Shown: piece after piece, positions 46,601 to 61,600 of the stretch
How the letters are laid out: each line of letters opens with the position of its first letter
How positions within the stretch are numbered: position 1 is the first letter of the stretch
DNA from: Balanoglossus misakiensis
Taxonomy: Eukaryota; Animalia; Hemichordata
Direction: 5' to 3'
DNA length: 64,000 bases
Assembly: GCA_040954595.2 (NCBI GenBank)
Contig: CM082585.2
Span: forward strand, 1,006,814-1,070,813
Made by a program: the position numbers and the translations under genes
Notes under the pieces: model-generated
Database searches by the model: none
What the model was told of the DNA's origin: nothing
What the model saw: the letters and a program-made list of their open reading frames with translations, nothing else

Positions 46601-49600
46601 GATGATTTTCACCCGTCTTTTTTCAAAAAATCGACGAAATTTTGTGATTTTTGTAAAGAGGAAAATTTGTCATTTTTTGATGATTTTCAACCATGATTTT
46701 TTTTCAAAAATGGACGAAATTTTGAGATTTTGCAAAGACGAAAATTTGTCATTTTTTGATGATTTTCACCCATGATTTTTTTTCAAAAATCGACGAAATT
46801 TTGAGATTTTGCAAAGTCGTAAATGTGTCATTTTTTGATGATTTTCACCAGTTTTTTTTTTCAAAATTTGTCATTTTTTGATGATTTTCCCCCATGATTT
46901 TTTTCAAAAATCGACGAAAATTTGAGATTTTGCAAAGACGAAAATTTGTCATTTTTGATGATTTTTACCCATGATTTTTTTAAAAAATGGACGAAATTTT
47001 GAGATTTTGCAAAGACGAAAATTTGTCATTTTTTGATGATTTTCACCCATGATTTTTTTTCAAAAAACGACGAAATTTTGAGATTTTGCAAAGAGGAAAA
47101 TTTGTCATTTTTTCATGATTTTCACCCATGATTTTTTTCAAAAATCGACGAAATTTTGAGATTTTGCAAAGAGGAAAATTTGTCATTTTTTCATGATTTT
47201 CCCCCATGATTTTTTTCAAAAATCGACGAAAATTTGAGATTTTGCAAAGACGAAAATTTGTCATTTTTGATGATTTTTACCCATGATTTTTTTTCAAAAA
47301 TGGACGAAATTTTGAGATTTTGCAAAGACGAAAATTTGTCATTTTTTGATTATTTTCACCAATGATTTTTTTTCAAAAAACGACGAAATTTTGAGATTTT
47401 GCAGAGGAAAATGTGTCATTTTTTGATGATTTTCACCCGTTTTTTTTTTTCAAAATTTGTCATTTTTTGATGATTTTCTCCCATGATTTTTTTCAAAAAT
47501 TGACGAAATTTTGAGATTTTGCAAAGTCGAAAATTTGTCATTTTTAGATGATTTTCACCCGTCTTTTTTCAAAAAATCGACGAAATTTTGTGATTTTGTA
47601 AAGAGGAAAATTTGTCATTTTTTGATAATTTTCAACAATGATTTATTTCAAAAATCGACGAAATTTTGAGATTTTGCAGTCGAAAATTTGTCATTTTTTG
47701 ATGATTTTCCCCCATGATTTTTTTCAAAAATCGACGAAATTTTGAGATTTTGCAGTAAAAAAATTGTCATTATTTGATGATTTTCGACCATGATTTTTTT
47801 CAAAATTGACGAAATTTTGAGATTTTGCAGTCGAAAATTTGTCATTTTTTGATCATTTTCCCCCATGATTTTTTTCAAAAATCGACGAAATTTTGAGATT
47901 TTGCAAAGTCGAAAATTTGTCATTTTTTGATGATTTTCACCCATGTCTTTTTTCAAAAATCGACGAAATTTTGAGATTTTGCAAAGAGGAAAATTTGTCA
48001 TTTTTTGATGATTGTCAACAATGATATTTTTTCAAAAATCGACGAAATTTTGAGATTTTGCAGTCAAAAATTTGTCATTTTTTATGATTTTCAACTATTT
48101 TTTTAAAAAATCGACGAAAATTTGAGATTTTGCAGTAAAAAAATTGTCATTTTTTGATGATTTTCACCCATGATTTTTTTCAAAATTGGCAAAATTTTGA
48201 GATTTTGCAAAGTCGAAAATTTGTCATTTTTTGATGATTTTCACCCATGATTTTTTTCACAAATCGACGAAATTTTGAGATTTTGTAGTCGTAAATTTGT
48301 CATTTTTTGATGATTTTCCCCCATGATTTTTTTCAAAAATCAACGAAATTTTGAGATTTTGCAAAGTCGAAAATTTGTCATTTTTAGATGATTTTCACCC
48401 GTCTTTTTTCAAAAAATCGACGAAATTTTGTGATTTTGTAAAGAGGAAAATTTGTCATTTTTTGATAATTTTCAACAATGATTTATTTCAAAAATCGACG
48501 AAATTTTGAGATTTTGCAGTCGAAAATTTGTCATTTTTTGATGATTTTCCCCCATGATTTTTTCAAAAATCGACGAAATTTTGAGATTTTGCAAAGTTGA
48601 AAATTTTTCAAAAATCGACGAAATTTATAGATTTTGCAAAGAGGAAAATTTGTCAATTTTTGATGATTTTCACCCATGATTTTTTTCAAAATTGACGAAA
48701 TTTTGAGTTTTTGCAGTCGAAAATTTGTCATTTTTTGATGATTTTCACCCGTTTTTTTTTCAAAAATCGACGAAATTTTGAGATTTTGCAGTCGAAAATT
48801 TGTCATTTTTTGATGATTTTCACCCATGATTTTTTCAAAATTGACGAAATTTTGAAATTTTGCAGTCGAAAATTTGTCATTTTTTGATCATTTTCCCCAT
48901 GATTTTTTTCAAAAATCGACGAAATTTCGAGATTTTGCAAAGTCGAAAATTTGTCATTTTTAGATGATTTTCACCCGTCTTTTTTCAAAAAATCGACGAA
49001 ATTTTGAGATTTTGCAAAGAGGAAAATTTGTCATTTTTTGATAATTTTCAACAATGATTTATTTGAAAAATCGACGAAATTTTGAGATTTTGCAGTCGAA
49101 AATTTGTCATTTTTTGATGATTTTCCCCCATGATTTTTTTCAAAAATCGACGAAATTTTGAGATTTTGCAAAGTTTAAAATTTTTCAAAAATCGACGAAA
49201 TTTATAGATTTTGCAAAGAGGAAAATTTGTCATTTTTTGATGATTTTCACCCATGATTTTTTTCAAAATCGACGAAATTTTGAGATTTTGCAGTCGAAAA
49301 TTTGTCATTTTTTGATGATTTTCACCCATGATTTTTTCAAAATTGACGAAATTTTGAAATTTTGCAGTCGAAAATTTGTCATTTTTTGATCATTTTCCCC
49401 ATGATTTTTTTCAAAAATCGACGAAATTTTGAGATTTTGCAAAGTCGAAAATTTGTCATTTTTTGATGATTTTCTCCCTTGATTTTCTTCAAAAATCGAC
49501 GAAATTTTGAGATTTTGCAAAGTCGAAAATTTGTCATTTTTTGATGATTTTCCCCCATGATTTTTTTCAAAAATCGACGAAATTTTGAGATTTTGCAAAG

Positions 49601-52600
49601 TTGAAAATTTTTCAAAAATCGACGAAATTTATAGATTTTGCAAAGAGGAAAATTTGTCATTTTTTGATGATTTTCACCCATGATTTTTTTCAAAAATCAA
49701 CGAAATTTTGAGATTTTGCAAAGTCGAAAATTTGTCATTTTTAGATGATTTTCACCCGTCTTTTTTCAAAAAATCGACGAAATTTTGTGATTTTGTAAAG
49801 AGGAAAATTTGTCATTTTTTGATGATTTTCAACCATGATTTTTTTTCAAAAATGGACGAAATTTTGAGATTTTGCAAAGACGAAAATTTGTCATTTTTTG
49901 ATGATTTTCACCCATGATTTTTTTTCAAAAATCGACGAAATTTTGAGATTTTGCAAAGTCGTAAATGTGTCATTTTTTGATGATTTTCACCAGTTTTTTT
50001 TTTCAAAATTTGTCATTTTTTGATGATTTTCCCCCATGATTTTTTTCAAAAATCGACGAAAATTTGAGATTTTGCAAAGACGAAAATTTGTCATTTTTGA
50101 TGATTTTTACCCATGATTTTTTTTAAAAAATGGACGAAATTTTGAGATTTTGCAAAGACGAAAATTTGTCATTTTTTGATGATTTTCACCCATGATTTTT
50201 TTTCAAAAAACGACGAAATTTTGAGATTTTGCAAAGAGGAAAATTTGTCATTTTTTCATGATTTTCACCCATGATTTTTTTCAAAAATCGACGAAATTTT
50301 GAGATTTTGCAAAGAGGAAAATTTGTCATTTTTTCATGATTTTCCCCCATGATTTTTTTCAAAAATCGACGAAAATTTGAGATTTTGCAAAGACGAAAAT
50401 TTGTCATTTTTGATGATTTTTACCCATGATTTTTTTTCAAAAATGGACGAAATTTTGAGATTTTGCAAAGACGAAAATTTGTCATTTTTTGATTATTTTC
50501 ACCAATGATTTTTTTTTCAAAAAACGACGAAATTTTGAGATTTTGCAGAGGAAAATGTGTCATTTTTTGATGATTTTCACCCGTTTTTTTTTTTCAAAAT
50601 TTGTCATTTTTTGATGATTTTCTCCCATGATTTTTTTCAAAAATTGACGAAATTTTGAGATTTTGCAAAGTCGAAAATTTGTCATTTTTTGATGATTTTC
50701 ACCCATGATTTTTTTCAAAAATCGACGAAATTTTGAGATTTTGCAAAGTCGAAAATTTGTCATTTTTTGATGATTTTCCCCAATGATTTTTTTCAAAAAT
50801 CGATATGATTTTGAGATTTTGCAGTAAAAAAATTGTCATTATTTGATGATTTTCGACCATGATTTTTTTCAAAATTGACGAAATTTTGAGATTTTGCAGT
50901 CGAAAATTTGTCATTTTTTGATCATTTTCCCCCATGATTTTTTTCAAAAATCGACGAAATTTTGAGATTTTGCAAAGTCGAAAATTTGTCATTTTTTGAT
51001 GATTTTCACCCATGTCTTTTTTCAAAAATCGACGAAATTTTGAGATTTTGCAAAGAGGAAAATTTGTCATTTTTTGATGATTTTCAACAATGATATTTTT
51101 TCAAAAATCGACGAAATTTTGAGATTTTGCAGTCAAAAATTTGTCATTTTTTGATGATTTTCAACTATTTTTTTAAAAAATCGACGAAAATTTGAGATTT
51201 TGCAGTAAAAAATTTGTCATTTTTTGATGATTTTCACCCATGATTTTTTCAAAATTGGCAAAATTTTGAGATTTTGCAAAGTCGAAAATTTGTCATTTTT
51301 TGATGATTTTCACCCATGATTTTTTTTCACAAATCGACGAAATTTTGAGATTTTGTAGTCGTAAATTTGTCATTTTTTGATGATTTTCCCCCATGATTTT
51401 TTTCAAAAATCAACGAAATTTTGAGATTTTGCAAAGTCGAAAATTTGTCATTTTTAGATGATTTTCACCCGTCTTTTTTCAAAAAATCGACGAAATTTTG
51501 TGATTTTGTAAAGAGGAAAATTTGTCATTTTTTGATAATTTTCAACAATGATTTATTTCAAAAATCGACGAAATTTTGAGATTTTGCAGTCGAAAATTTG
51601 TCATTTTTTGATGATTTTCCCCCATGATTTTTTTCAAAAATCGACGAAATTTTGAGATTTTGCAAAGTTGAAAATTTTTCAAAAATCGACGAAATTTATA
51701 GATTTTGCAAAGAGGAAAATTTGTCATTTTTTGATGATTTTCACCCATGATTTTTTTCAAAATTGACGAAATTTTGAGTTTTTGCAGTCGAAAATTTGTC
51801 ATTTTTTGATGATTTTCACCCGTTTTTTTTTCAAAAATCGACGAAATTTTGAGATTTTGCAGTCGAAAATTTGTCATTTTTTGATGATTTTCACCCATGA
51901 TTTTTTCAAAATTGACGAAATTTTGAAATTTTGCAGTCGAAAATTTGTCATTTTTTGATCATTTTCCCCATGATTTTTTTCAAAAATCGACGAAATTTTG
52001 AGATTTTGCAAAGTCGAAAATTTGTCATTTTTAGATGATTTTCACCCGTCTTTTTTCAAAAAATCGACGAAATTTTGAGATTTTGCAAAGAGGAAAATTT
52101 GTCATTTTTTGATAATTTTCAACAATGATTTATTTGAAAAATCGACGAAATTCTGAGATTTTACAGTCGAAAATTTGTCATTTTTTGATGATTTTCCCCC
52201 ATGATTTTTTTCAAAAATCGACGAAATTTTGAGATTTTGCAAAGTTTAAAATTTTTCAAAAATCGACGAAATTTATAGATTTTGCAAAGAGGAAAATTTG
52301 TCATTTTTTGATGATTTTCACCCATGATTTTTTTCAAAATCGACGAAATTTTGAGATTTTGCAGTCGAAAATTTGTCATTTTTTGATGATTTTCACCCAT
52401 GATTTTTTCAAAATTGACGAAATTTTGAAATTTTGCAGTCGAAAATTTGTCATTTTTTGATCATTTTCCCCATGATTTTTTTCAAAAATCGACGAAATTT
52501 TGAGATTTTGCAAAGTCGAAAATTTGTCATTTTTTGATGATTTTCTCCCTTGATTTTCTTCAAAAATCGACGAAATTTTGAGATTTTGCAAAGTCGAAAA

Positions 52601-55600
52601 TTTGTCATTTTTTGATGATTTTCACCCATGATTTTTTTCAAAAATCGATATGATTTTGAGATTTTGCAGTAAAAAAATTGTCATTATTTGATGATTTTCG
52701 ACCATGATTTTTTTCAAAATTGACGAAATTTTGAGATTTTGCAGTCGAAAATTTGTCATTTTTTGATCATTTTCCCCCATGATTTTTTTTCAAAAATAGA
52801 CGAAATTTTGAGATTTTGCAAAGTCGAAAATTTGTCATTTTTTGATGATTTTCACCCATGTCTTTTTTCAAAAATCGACGAAATTTTGAGATTTTGCAAA
52901 GAGGAAAATTTGTCATTTTTTGATGATTTTCAACAATGATATTTTTTCAAAAATCGACGAAATTTTGAGATTTTGCAGTCAAAAATTTGTCATTTTTTGA
53001 TGATTTTCAACTATTTTTTTAAAAAATCGACGAAAATTTGAGATTTTGCAGTAAAAAATTTGTCATTTTTTGATGATTTTCACCCATGATTTTTTCAAAA
53101 TTGGCAAAATTTTGAGATTTTGCAAAGTCGAAAATTTGTCATTTTTTGATGATTTTCACCCATGATTTTTTTTCACAAATCGACGAAATTTTGAGATTTT
53201 GTAGTCGTAAATTTGTCATTTTTTGATGATTTTCCCCCATGATTTTTTTCAAAAATCAACGAAATTTTGAGATTTTGCAAAGTCGAAAATTTGTCATTTT
53301 TAGATGATTTTCACCCGTCTTTTTTCAAAAAATCGACGAAATTTTGTGATTTTGTAAAGAGGAATATTTGTCATTTTTTGATAATTTTCAACAATGATTT
53401 ATTTCAAAAATCGACGAAATTTTGAGATTTTGCAGTCGAAAATTTGTCATTTTTTGATGATTTTCCCCCATGATTTTTTTCAAAAATCGACGAAATTTTG
53501 AGATTTTGCAAAGTTTAAAATTTTTCAAAAATCGACGAAATTTATAGATTTTGCAAAGAGGAAAATTTGTCATTTTTTGATGATTTTCACCCATGATTTT
53601 TTTCAAAAATCAACGAAATTTTGAGATTTTGCAAAGTCGAAAATTTGTCATTTTTAGATGATTTTCACCCGTCTTTTTTCAAAAAATCGACGAAATTTTG
53701 TGATTTTGTAAAGAGGAAAATTTGTCATTTTTTGATAATTTTCAACAATGATTTATTTCAAAAATCGACGAAATTTTGAGATTTTGCAGTCGAAAATTTG
53801 TCATTTTTTGATGATTTTCCCCCATGATTTTTTTCAAAAATCGACGAAATTTTGAGATTTTGCAAAGTTTAAAATTTTTCAAAAATCGACGAAATTTATA
53901 GATTTTGCAAAGAGGAAAATTTGTCATTTTTTGATGATTTTCACCCATGATTTTTTTCAAAATCGACGAAATTTTGAGATTTTGCAGTCGAAAATTTGTC
54001 ATTTTTTGATGATTTTCACCCATGATTTTTTCAAAATTGACGAAATTTTGAAATTTTGCAGTCGAAAATTTGTCATTTTTTGATCATTTTCCCCATGATT
54101 TTTTTCAAAAATCGACGAAATTTTGAGATTTTGCAAAGTCGAAAATTTGTCATTTTTTGATGATTTTCTCCCTTGATTTTCTTCAAAAATCGACGAAATT
54201 TTGAGATTTTGCAAAGTCGAAAATTTGTCATTTTTTGATGATTTTCACCCATGATTTTTTTCAAAAATCGATATGATTTTGAGATTTTGCAGTAAAAAAA
54301 TTGTCATTATTTGATGATTTTCGACCATGATTTTTTCAAAATTGACGAAATTTTGAGATTTTGCAGTCGAAAATTTGTCATTTTTTGATCATTTTCCCCC
54401 ATGATTTTTTTCAAAAATCGACGAAATTTTGAGATTTTGCAAAGTCGAAAATTTGTCATTTTTTGATGATTTTCACCCATGTCTTTTTTCAAAAATCGAC
54501 GAAATTTTGAGATTTTGCAAAGAGGAAAATTTGTCATTTTTTGATGATTTTCAACAATGATATTTTTTCAAAAATCGACGAAATTTTGAGATTTTGCAGT
54601 CAAAAATTTGTCATTTTTTGATGATTTTCAACTATTTTTTTAAAAAATCGACGAAAATTTGAGATTTTGCAGTAAAAATTTTGTCATTTTTTGATGATTT
54701 TCACCCATGATTTTTTCAAAATTGGCAAAATTTTGAGATTTTGCAAAGTCGAAAATTTGTCATTTTTTGATGATTTTCACCCATGATTTTTTTTCAAAAA
54801 ATCGACGAAATTTTGTGATTTTGTAAAGAGGAAAATTTGTCATTTTTTGATAATTTTCAACTATGATTTATTTCAAAAATCGACGAAATTTTGAGATTTT
54901 GCAGTCGAAAATTTGTCATTTTTTGATGATTTTCCCCCATGATTTTTTTCAAAAATCGACGAAATTTTGAGATTTTGCAAAGTTGAAAATTTTTCAAAAA
55001 TCGACGAAATTTATAGATTTTGCAAAGAGGAAAATTTGTCATTTTTTGATGATTTTCACCCATGATTTTTTTTCAAAAAATCGACGAAATTTTGTGATTT
55101 TGTAAAGAGGAAAATTTGTCATTTTTTGATAATTTTCACCCATGATTTTCTTCAAAAATCGACGAAATTTTGAGATTTTGCAAAGTCGAAAATTTGTCAT
55201 TTTTTGATGATTTTCACCCATGATTTTTTTCAAAAATCGACGAAATTTTGAGATTTTGCAAAGTCGAAAATTTGTCATTTTTTCATGATTTTCACCCATG
55301 ATTTTTTCAAAAATCGATGAAATTTTCAGATTTTGCAAAGTCGAAAATTTGTCATTTTTTGATGATTTTCACCCATGATGTTTTTCAAAATTGACGAAAT
55401 TTTGAGATTGTGCAAAGTCAAAAATTTGTCATTTTTTGATGATTTTCACCCATGATTTTTTTTCACAAATCGACGAAATTTTGAGATTTTGTAGTCGTAA
55501 ATTTGTCATTTTTGATGATTTTCCCCCATGATTTTTTTCAAAAATCAACGAAATTTTGAGATTTTGCAAAGTCGAAAATTTGTCATTTTTAGATGATTTT

Positions 55601-58600
55601 CACCCGTCTTTTTTCAAAAAATCGACGAAATTTTGAGATTTTGCAAAAAGGAAAATTTGTCAATTTTTGATAATTTTCAACAATGATTTATTTCAAAAAT
55701 CGACGAAATTTTGAGATTTTGCAGTCGAAAATTTGTCATTTTTTGATGATTTTCCCCCATGATTTTTTTCAAAAATCGACGAAATTTTGAGATTTTGCAA
55801 AGTTGAAAATTTTTCAAAAATCGACGAAATTTATAGATTTTGCAAAGAGGAAAATTTGTCATTTTTTGATGATTTTCACCCATGATTTTTTTCAAAATTG
55901 ATGAAATTTTGAGTTTTTGCAGTCGAAAATTTGTCATAAATTGATGATTTTCACCCATGATTTTTTCAAAATTGACGAAATTTTGAAATTTTGCAGTCGA
56001 AAATTTGTCATTTTTTGATCATTTTCCCCCATGATTTTTTTCAAAAATCGACGAAAATTTGAGATTTTGCAAAGTCGAAAATTTGTCATTTTTTGATGAT
56101 TTTCACCCATGATTTTTTTCAAAATTGACGAAATTTTGAGATTTTGCAAAGTCAAAAATTTGTCATTTTTTGATGATTTTCAACAATTTTTTTTAAAAAA
56201 TCGACGAAAATTTGAGATTTTTCAGTCAAAAATTTGTCATTTTTTGATGATTTTCTCCCATGATTTTTTCAAAAATCGACGAAATTTTGAGATTTTGCAG
56301 TAAAAAAATTGTCATTTTTTGATGATTTTCACCCATGATTTTTTTCAAAATTGACGAAATTTTGAGATTTTGCAGTCGAAAATTTGTCATTTTTTGATCA
56401 TTTTCCCCCATGATTTTTTTCAAAAATCGACGAAATTTTCAGATTTTGCAGTCGAAAATTTGTCATTTTTTCATGATTTTCACCCATGATTTTTTCAAAA
56501 ATCGACGAAATTTTGAGATTTTGCAGTAAAAAAATTGTCATTTTTTGATGATTTTCACCCATGATTTTTTTCAAAATTGACGAAATTTTGAGATTTTGCA
56601 GTCGAAAATTTGTCATTTTTTGATCATTTTCCCCCATGATTTTTTTCAAAAATCGACGAAATTTTCAGATTTTGCAGTCGAAAATTTGTCATTTTTTCAT
56701 GATTTTCACCCATGATTTTTTCAAAAATCGACGAAATTTTGAGATTTTGCAGTCGAAAATTTGTAATTTTTTGATGATTTTCCCCCATGATTTTTTTCAA
56801 AAATCGACGAAATTTTGAGATTTTGCAAAGTCGAAAATTTGTCATTTTTTGATGATTTTCACCCATGATTTTCTTCAAAAATCGACGAAATTTTGAGATT
56901 TTGCAAAGTCGAAAATTTGTCATTTTTTGATGATTTTCACCCATGATTTTTTTCAAAAATCGACGAAATTTTGAGATTTTGCAAAGTCGAAAATTTGTCA
57001 TTTTTTGAAGGTTTTCACCCATGATTTTTTTCAAAAATCGACGAAATTTTGAGATTTTGCAAAGTCGAAAATGTGTCATTTTTTGATGATTTTCACCCAT
57101 GTTTTTTTTTTTAAAATCGACGAACCTATGATTTTTTTCAAAATCGACGAAATTTTGTGATTTTGCAAAGTCGAAAATTTTGTCATTTTTTGATGATTTT
57201 CCAACCATGATTTTTTTTCAAAAATCGACGAAATTTTGAGATTTTGCAAAATCGAAAATTTGTCATTTTTTGATGATTTTCCCCCAATGGTTTTTTTCAA
57301 AATCGACGAAATTTTGAGATTTTGCAAAGTCGAAAATTTGTCATTTTTTGATGATTTTCCCCCATGATTTTTTTTCAAAAATGGACGAAATTTTGAGATT
57401 TTGCAAAGACGAAAATTTGTCATTTTTTGATGATTTTCACCCATGATTTTTTTTCAAAAATCGACGAAATTTTGAGATTTTGCAAAGTCGAAAATGTGTC
57501 ATTTTTTGATGATTTTCACCCGTTTTTTTTCAAAATTTGTCATTTTTTGATGATTTTCACCCATGATTTTTTTTCAAAAATCGACGAAATTTTGAGATTT
57601 TGCAAAGTCGAAAATGTGTCATTTTTTGATGATTTTCACCCATGATTTTTTTTCAAAAATCGACGAAATTTTGAGATTTTGCAGTCGAAAATTTGTAATT
57701 TTTTGATGATTTTCCCCCATGATTTTTTTCAAAAATCGACGAAATTTTGAGATTTTGCAAAGTCGAAAATTTGTCATTTTTTGATGATTTTCACCCATGA
57801 TTTTCTTCAAAAATCGACGAAATTTTGAGATTTTGCAAAGTCGAAAATTTGTCATTTTTTGATGATTTTCACCCATGATTTTTTTCAAAAATCGACGAAA
57901 TTTTGAGATTTTGCAAAGTCGAAAATTTGTCATTTTTTGATGGTTTTCACCCATGATTTTTTTCAAAAATCGACGAAATTTTGAGATTTTGCAAAGTCGA
58001 AAATGTGTCATTTTTTGATGATTTTCACCCATGTTTTTTTTTTTTAAATCGACGAACCTATGATTTTTTTCAAAATCGACGAAATTTTGTGATTTTGCAA
58101 AGTCGAAAATTTTGTCATTTTTTGATGATTTTCAACCATGATTTTTTTTCAAAAATCGACGAAATTTTGAGATTTTGCAAAATCGAAAATTTGTCATTTT
58201 TTGATGATTTTCCCCCAATGGTTTTTTTCAAAATCGACGAAATTTTGAGATTTTGCAAAGTCGAAAATTTGTCATTTTTTGATGATTTTCCCCCATGATT
58301 TTTTTTCAAAAATGGACGAAATTTTGAGATTTTGCAAAGACGAAAATTTGTCATTTTTTGATGATTTTCACCCATGATTTTTTTTCAAAAATCGACGAAA
58401 TTTTGAGATTTTGCAAAGTCGAAAATGTGTCATTTTTTGATGATTTTCACCCATGATTTTTTTCAAAAATCGACGAAATTTTGAGATTTTGCGAAGACGA
58501 AAATTTGTCATTTTTTGATGATTTTCACCCATGATTTTTTTCAAAAATCGACGAAATTTTGAGATTTTGCAAAGTCGAAAATTTGTCATTTTTTGATTAT

Positions 58601-61600
58601 TTTCACCCATGATTTTTTCAAAAATTGACGAAATGTTGAGATTTTGCAAAGTCGAAAATTTTGTCATTTTTTGATGATTTTCAACCATGATTTTTTTCAA
58701 AAATCGACTAAATGTTGAGATTTTGCAAAGTCGAAAATGTGTCATTTTTTGATGATTTTCACCCGTTTTTTTTTTCAAAATTTGTCATTTTTTCATGATT
58801 TTCACCCATGATTTTTTTCAAAAATCGACGAAATTTTGTGATTTTGCAAAGTCGAAAATTTTGTCATTTTTTGATGATTTTCAACCATGATTTTTTTTCA
58901 AAAATCGACGAAATTTTGTGATTTTACAAAGTCGAAAATTTTGTCATTTTTGGATGATTTTCAACCATGATTTTTTTTCAAAAATGGACGAAATTTTGAG
59001 ATTTTGCAAAGACGAAAATTTGTCATTTTTTGATGATTTTCACCCATGATTTTTTTTCAAAAATCGACGAAATTTTGAGATTTTGCAAAGTCGTAAATGT
59101 GTCATTTTTTGATGATTTTCACCAGTTTTTTTTTCAAAATTTGTCATTTTTTGATGATTTTCCCCCATGATTTTTTTCAAAAATCGACGAAAATTTGAGA
59201 TTTTGCAAAGACGAAAATTTGTCATTTTTGATGATTTTTACCCATGATTTTTTTTAAAAAATGGACGAAATTTTGAGATTTTGCAAAGACGAAAATTTGT
59301 CATTTTTTGATGATTTTCACCCATGATTTTTTTTCAAAAAACGACGAAATTTTGAGATTTTGCAAAGAGGAAAATTTGTCATTTTTTCATGATTTTCACC
59401 CATGATTTTTTTCAAAAATCGACGAAATTTTGAGATTTTGCAAAGAGGAAAATTTGTCATTTTTTCATGATTTTCCCCCATGATTTTTTTCAAAAATCGA
59501 CGAAAATTTGAGATTTTGCAAAGACGAAAATTTGTCATTTTTGATGATTTTTACCCATGATTTTTTTTCAAAAATGGACGAAATTTTGAGATTTTGCAAA
59601 GACGAAAATTTGTCATTTTTTGATGATTTTCACCAATGATTTTTTTTCAAAAAACGACGAAATTTTGAGATTTTGCAGAGGAAAATGTGTCATTTTTTGA
59701 TGATTTTCACCCGTTTTTTTTTTTCAAAATTTGTCATTTTTTGATGATTTTCTCCCATGATTTTTTTCAAAAATTGACGAAATTTTGAGATTTTGCAAAG
59801 TCGAAAATTTGTCATTTTTTGATGATTTTCACCCATGATTTTTTTCAAAAATCGACGAAATTTTGAGATTTTGCAAAGTCGAAAATTTGTCATTTTTTGA
59901 TGATTTTCCCCCATGTTTTTTTTTTTAAATGGACGAAATTTTGAGATTTTGCAAAGACGAAAATTTGTTATTTTTTGATGATTTTCACCCATGATTTTTT
60001 TCAAAAATCGACGAAATTGTGAGATTTTGCAAAGACGAAAATTTGTCATTTTTTGAAGATTTTTACCCATGATTTTTTTTCAAAAATGGACGAAATTTTG
60101 AGGTTTTGCAAAGTCAACAATTTGTCATTTTTTGATGATTTTCACACATGATTTTTTTCAAAAATCGACGAAATTGTGAGATTTTGCAAAGACGAAAATT
60201 TGTCATTTTTTGATGATTTTTACCCATGATTTTTTTTCAAAAATGGACGAAATTTTGAGGTTTTGCAAAGTCGAAAATTTGTTATTTTTTGATGATTTTC
60301 ACCCATGTCTTTTTTTAAAAATCGACGAAATTTTGAGATTTTGCAAAGAGGAAAATTTGTCATTTTTTCATGATTTTCCCCCATGATTTTTTTCAAAAAT
60401 CGACGAAATTTTGAGATTTTGCAAAGTCGACGAAAATTTGTCATTTTTTGATCATTTTCCCCCATGATTTTTTTCAAAAATCGACGAAATTTTCAGATTT
60501 TGCAGTCGAAAATTTGTCATTTTTTCATGATTTTCACCCATGATTTTTTCAAAAATCGACGAAATTTTGAGATTTTGCAGTCGAAAATTTGTCATTTTTT
60601 GATGATTTTCCCCCATGATTTTTTTCAAAAATCGACGAAATTTTGAGATTTTGCAAAGTCGAAAATTTGTCATTTTTTGATGATTTTCACCCATGATTTT
60701 CTTCAAAAATCGACGAAATTTTGAGATTTTGCAAAGTCGAAAATTTGTCATTTTTTGATGATTTTCACCCATGATTTTTTTCAAAAATCGACGAAATTTT
60801 GAGATTTTGCAAAGTCGAAAATTTGTCATTTTTTGATGGTTTTCACCCATGATTTTTTTTCAAAAATCGACGAAATTTTGAGATTTTGCAAAGTCGAAAA
60901 TGTGTCATTTTTTGATGATTTTCACCCGTTTTTTTTTCAAAATTTGTCATTTTTTCATGATTTTCACCCATGATTTTTTTCAAAAATCGACGAAATTTTG
61001 AGATTTTGCAAAGTCGAAAATTTGTCATTTTTTGATGATTTTCACCCATGATTTTTTTCAAAAATCGACGAAATTTTGAGATTTTGCAGTAAAAAAATTG
61101 TCATTTTTTGATGATTTTCACCCATGATTTTTTTCAAAATTGACGAAATTTTGAGATTTTGCAGTCGAAAATTTGTCATTTTTTGATCATTTTCCCCCAT
61201 GATTTTTTTCAAAAATCGACGAAATTTTCAGATTTTGCAGTCGAAAATTTGTCATTTTTTCATGATTTTCACCCATGATTTTTTCAAAAATCGACGAAAT
61301 TTTGAGATTTTGCAGTCGAAAATTTGTAATTTTTTGATGATTTTCCCCCATGATTTTTTTCAAAAATCGACGAAATTTTGAGATTTTGCAAAGTCGAAAA
61401 TGTGTCATTTTTTGATGATTTTCACCCGTTTTTTTTCAAAATTTGTCATTTTTTGATGATTTTCACCCATGATTTTTTTTCAAAAATCGACGAAATTTTG
61501 AGATTTTGCAAAGTCGAAAATGTGTCATTTTTTGATGATTTTCACCCATGATTTTTTTCAAAAATCGACGAAGTTTTGAGATTTTGCGAAGACGAAAATT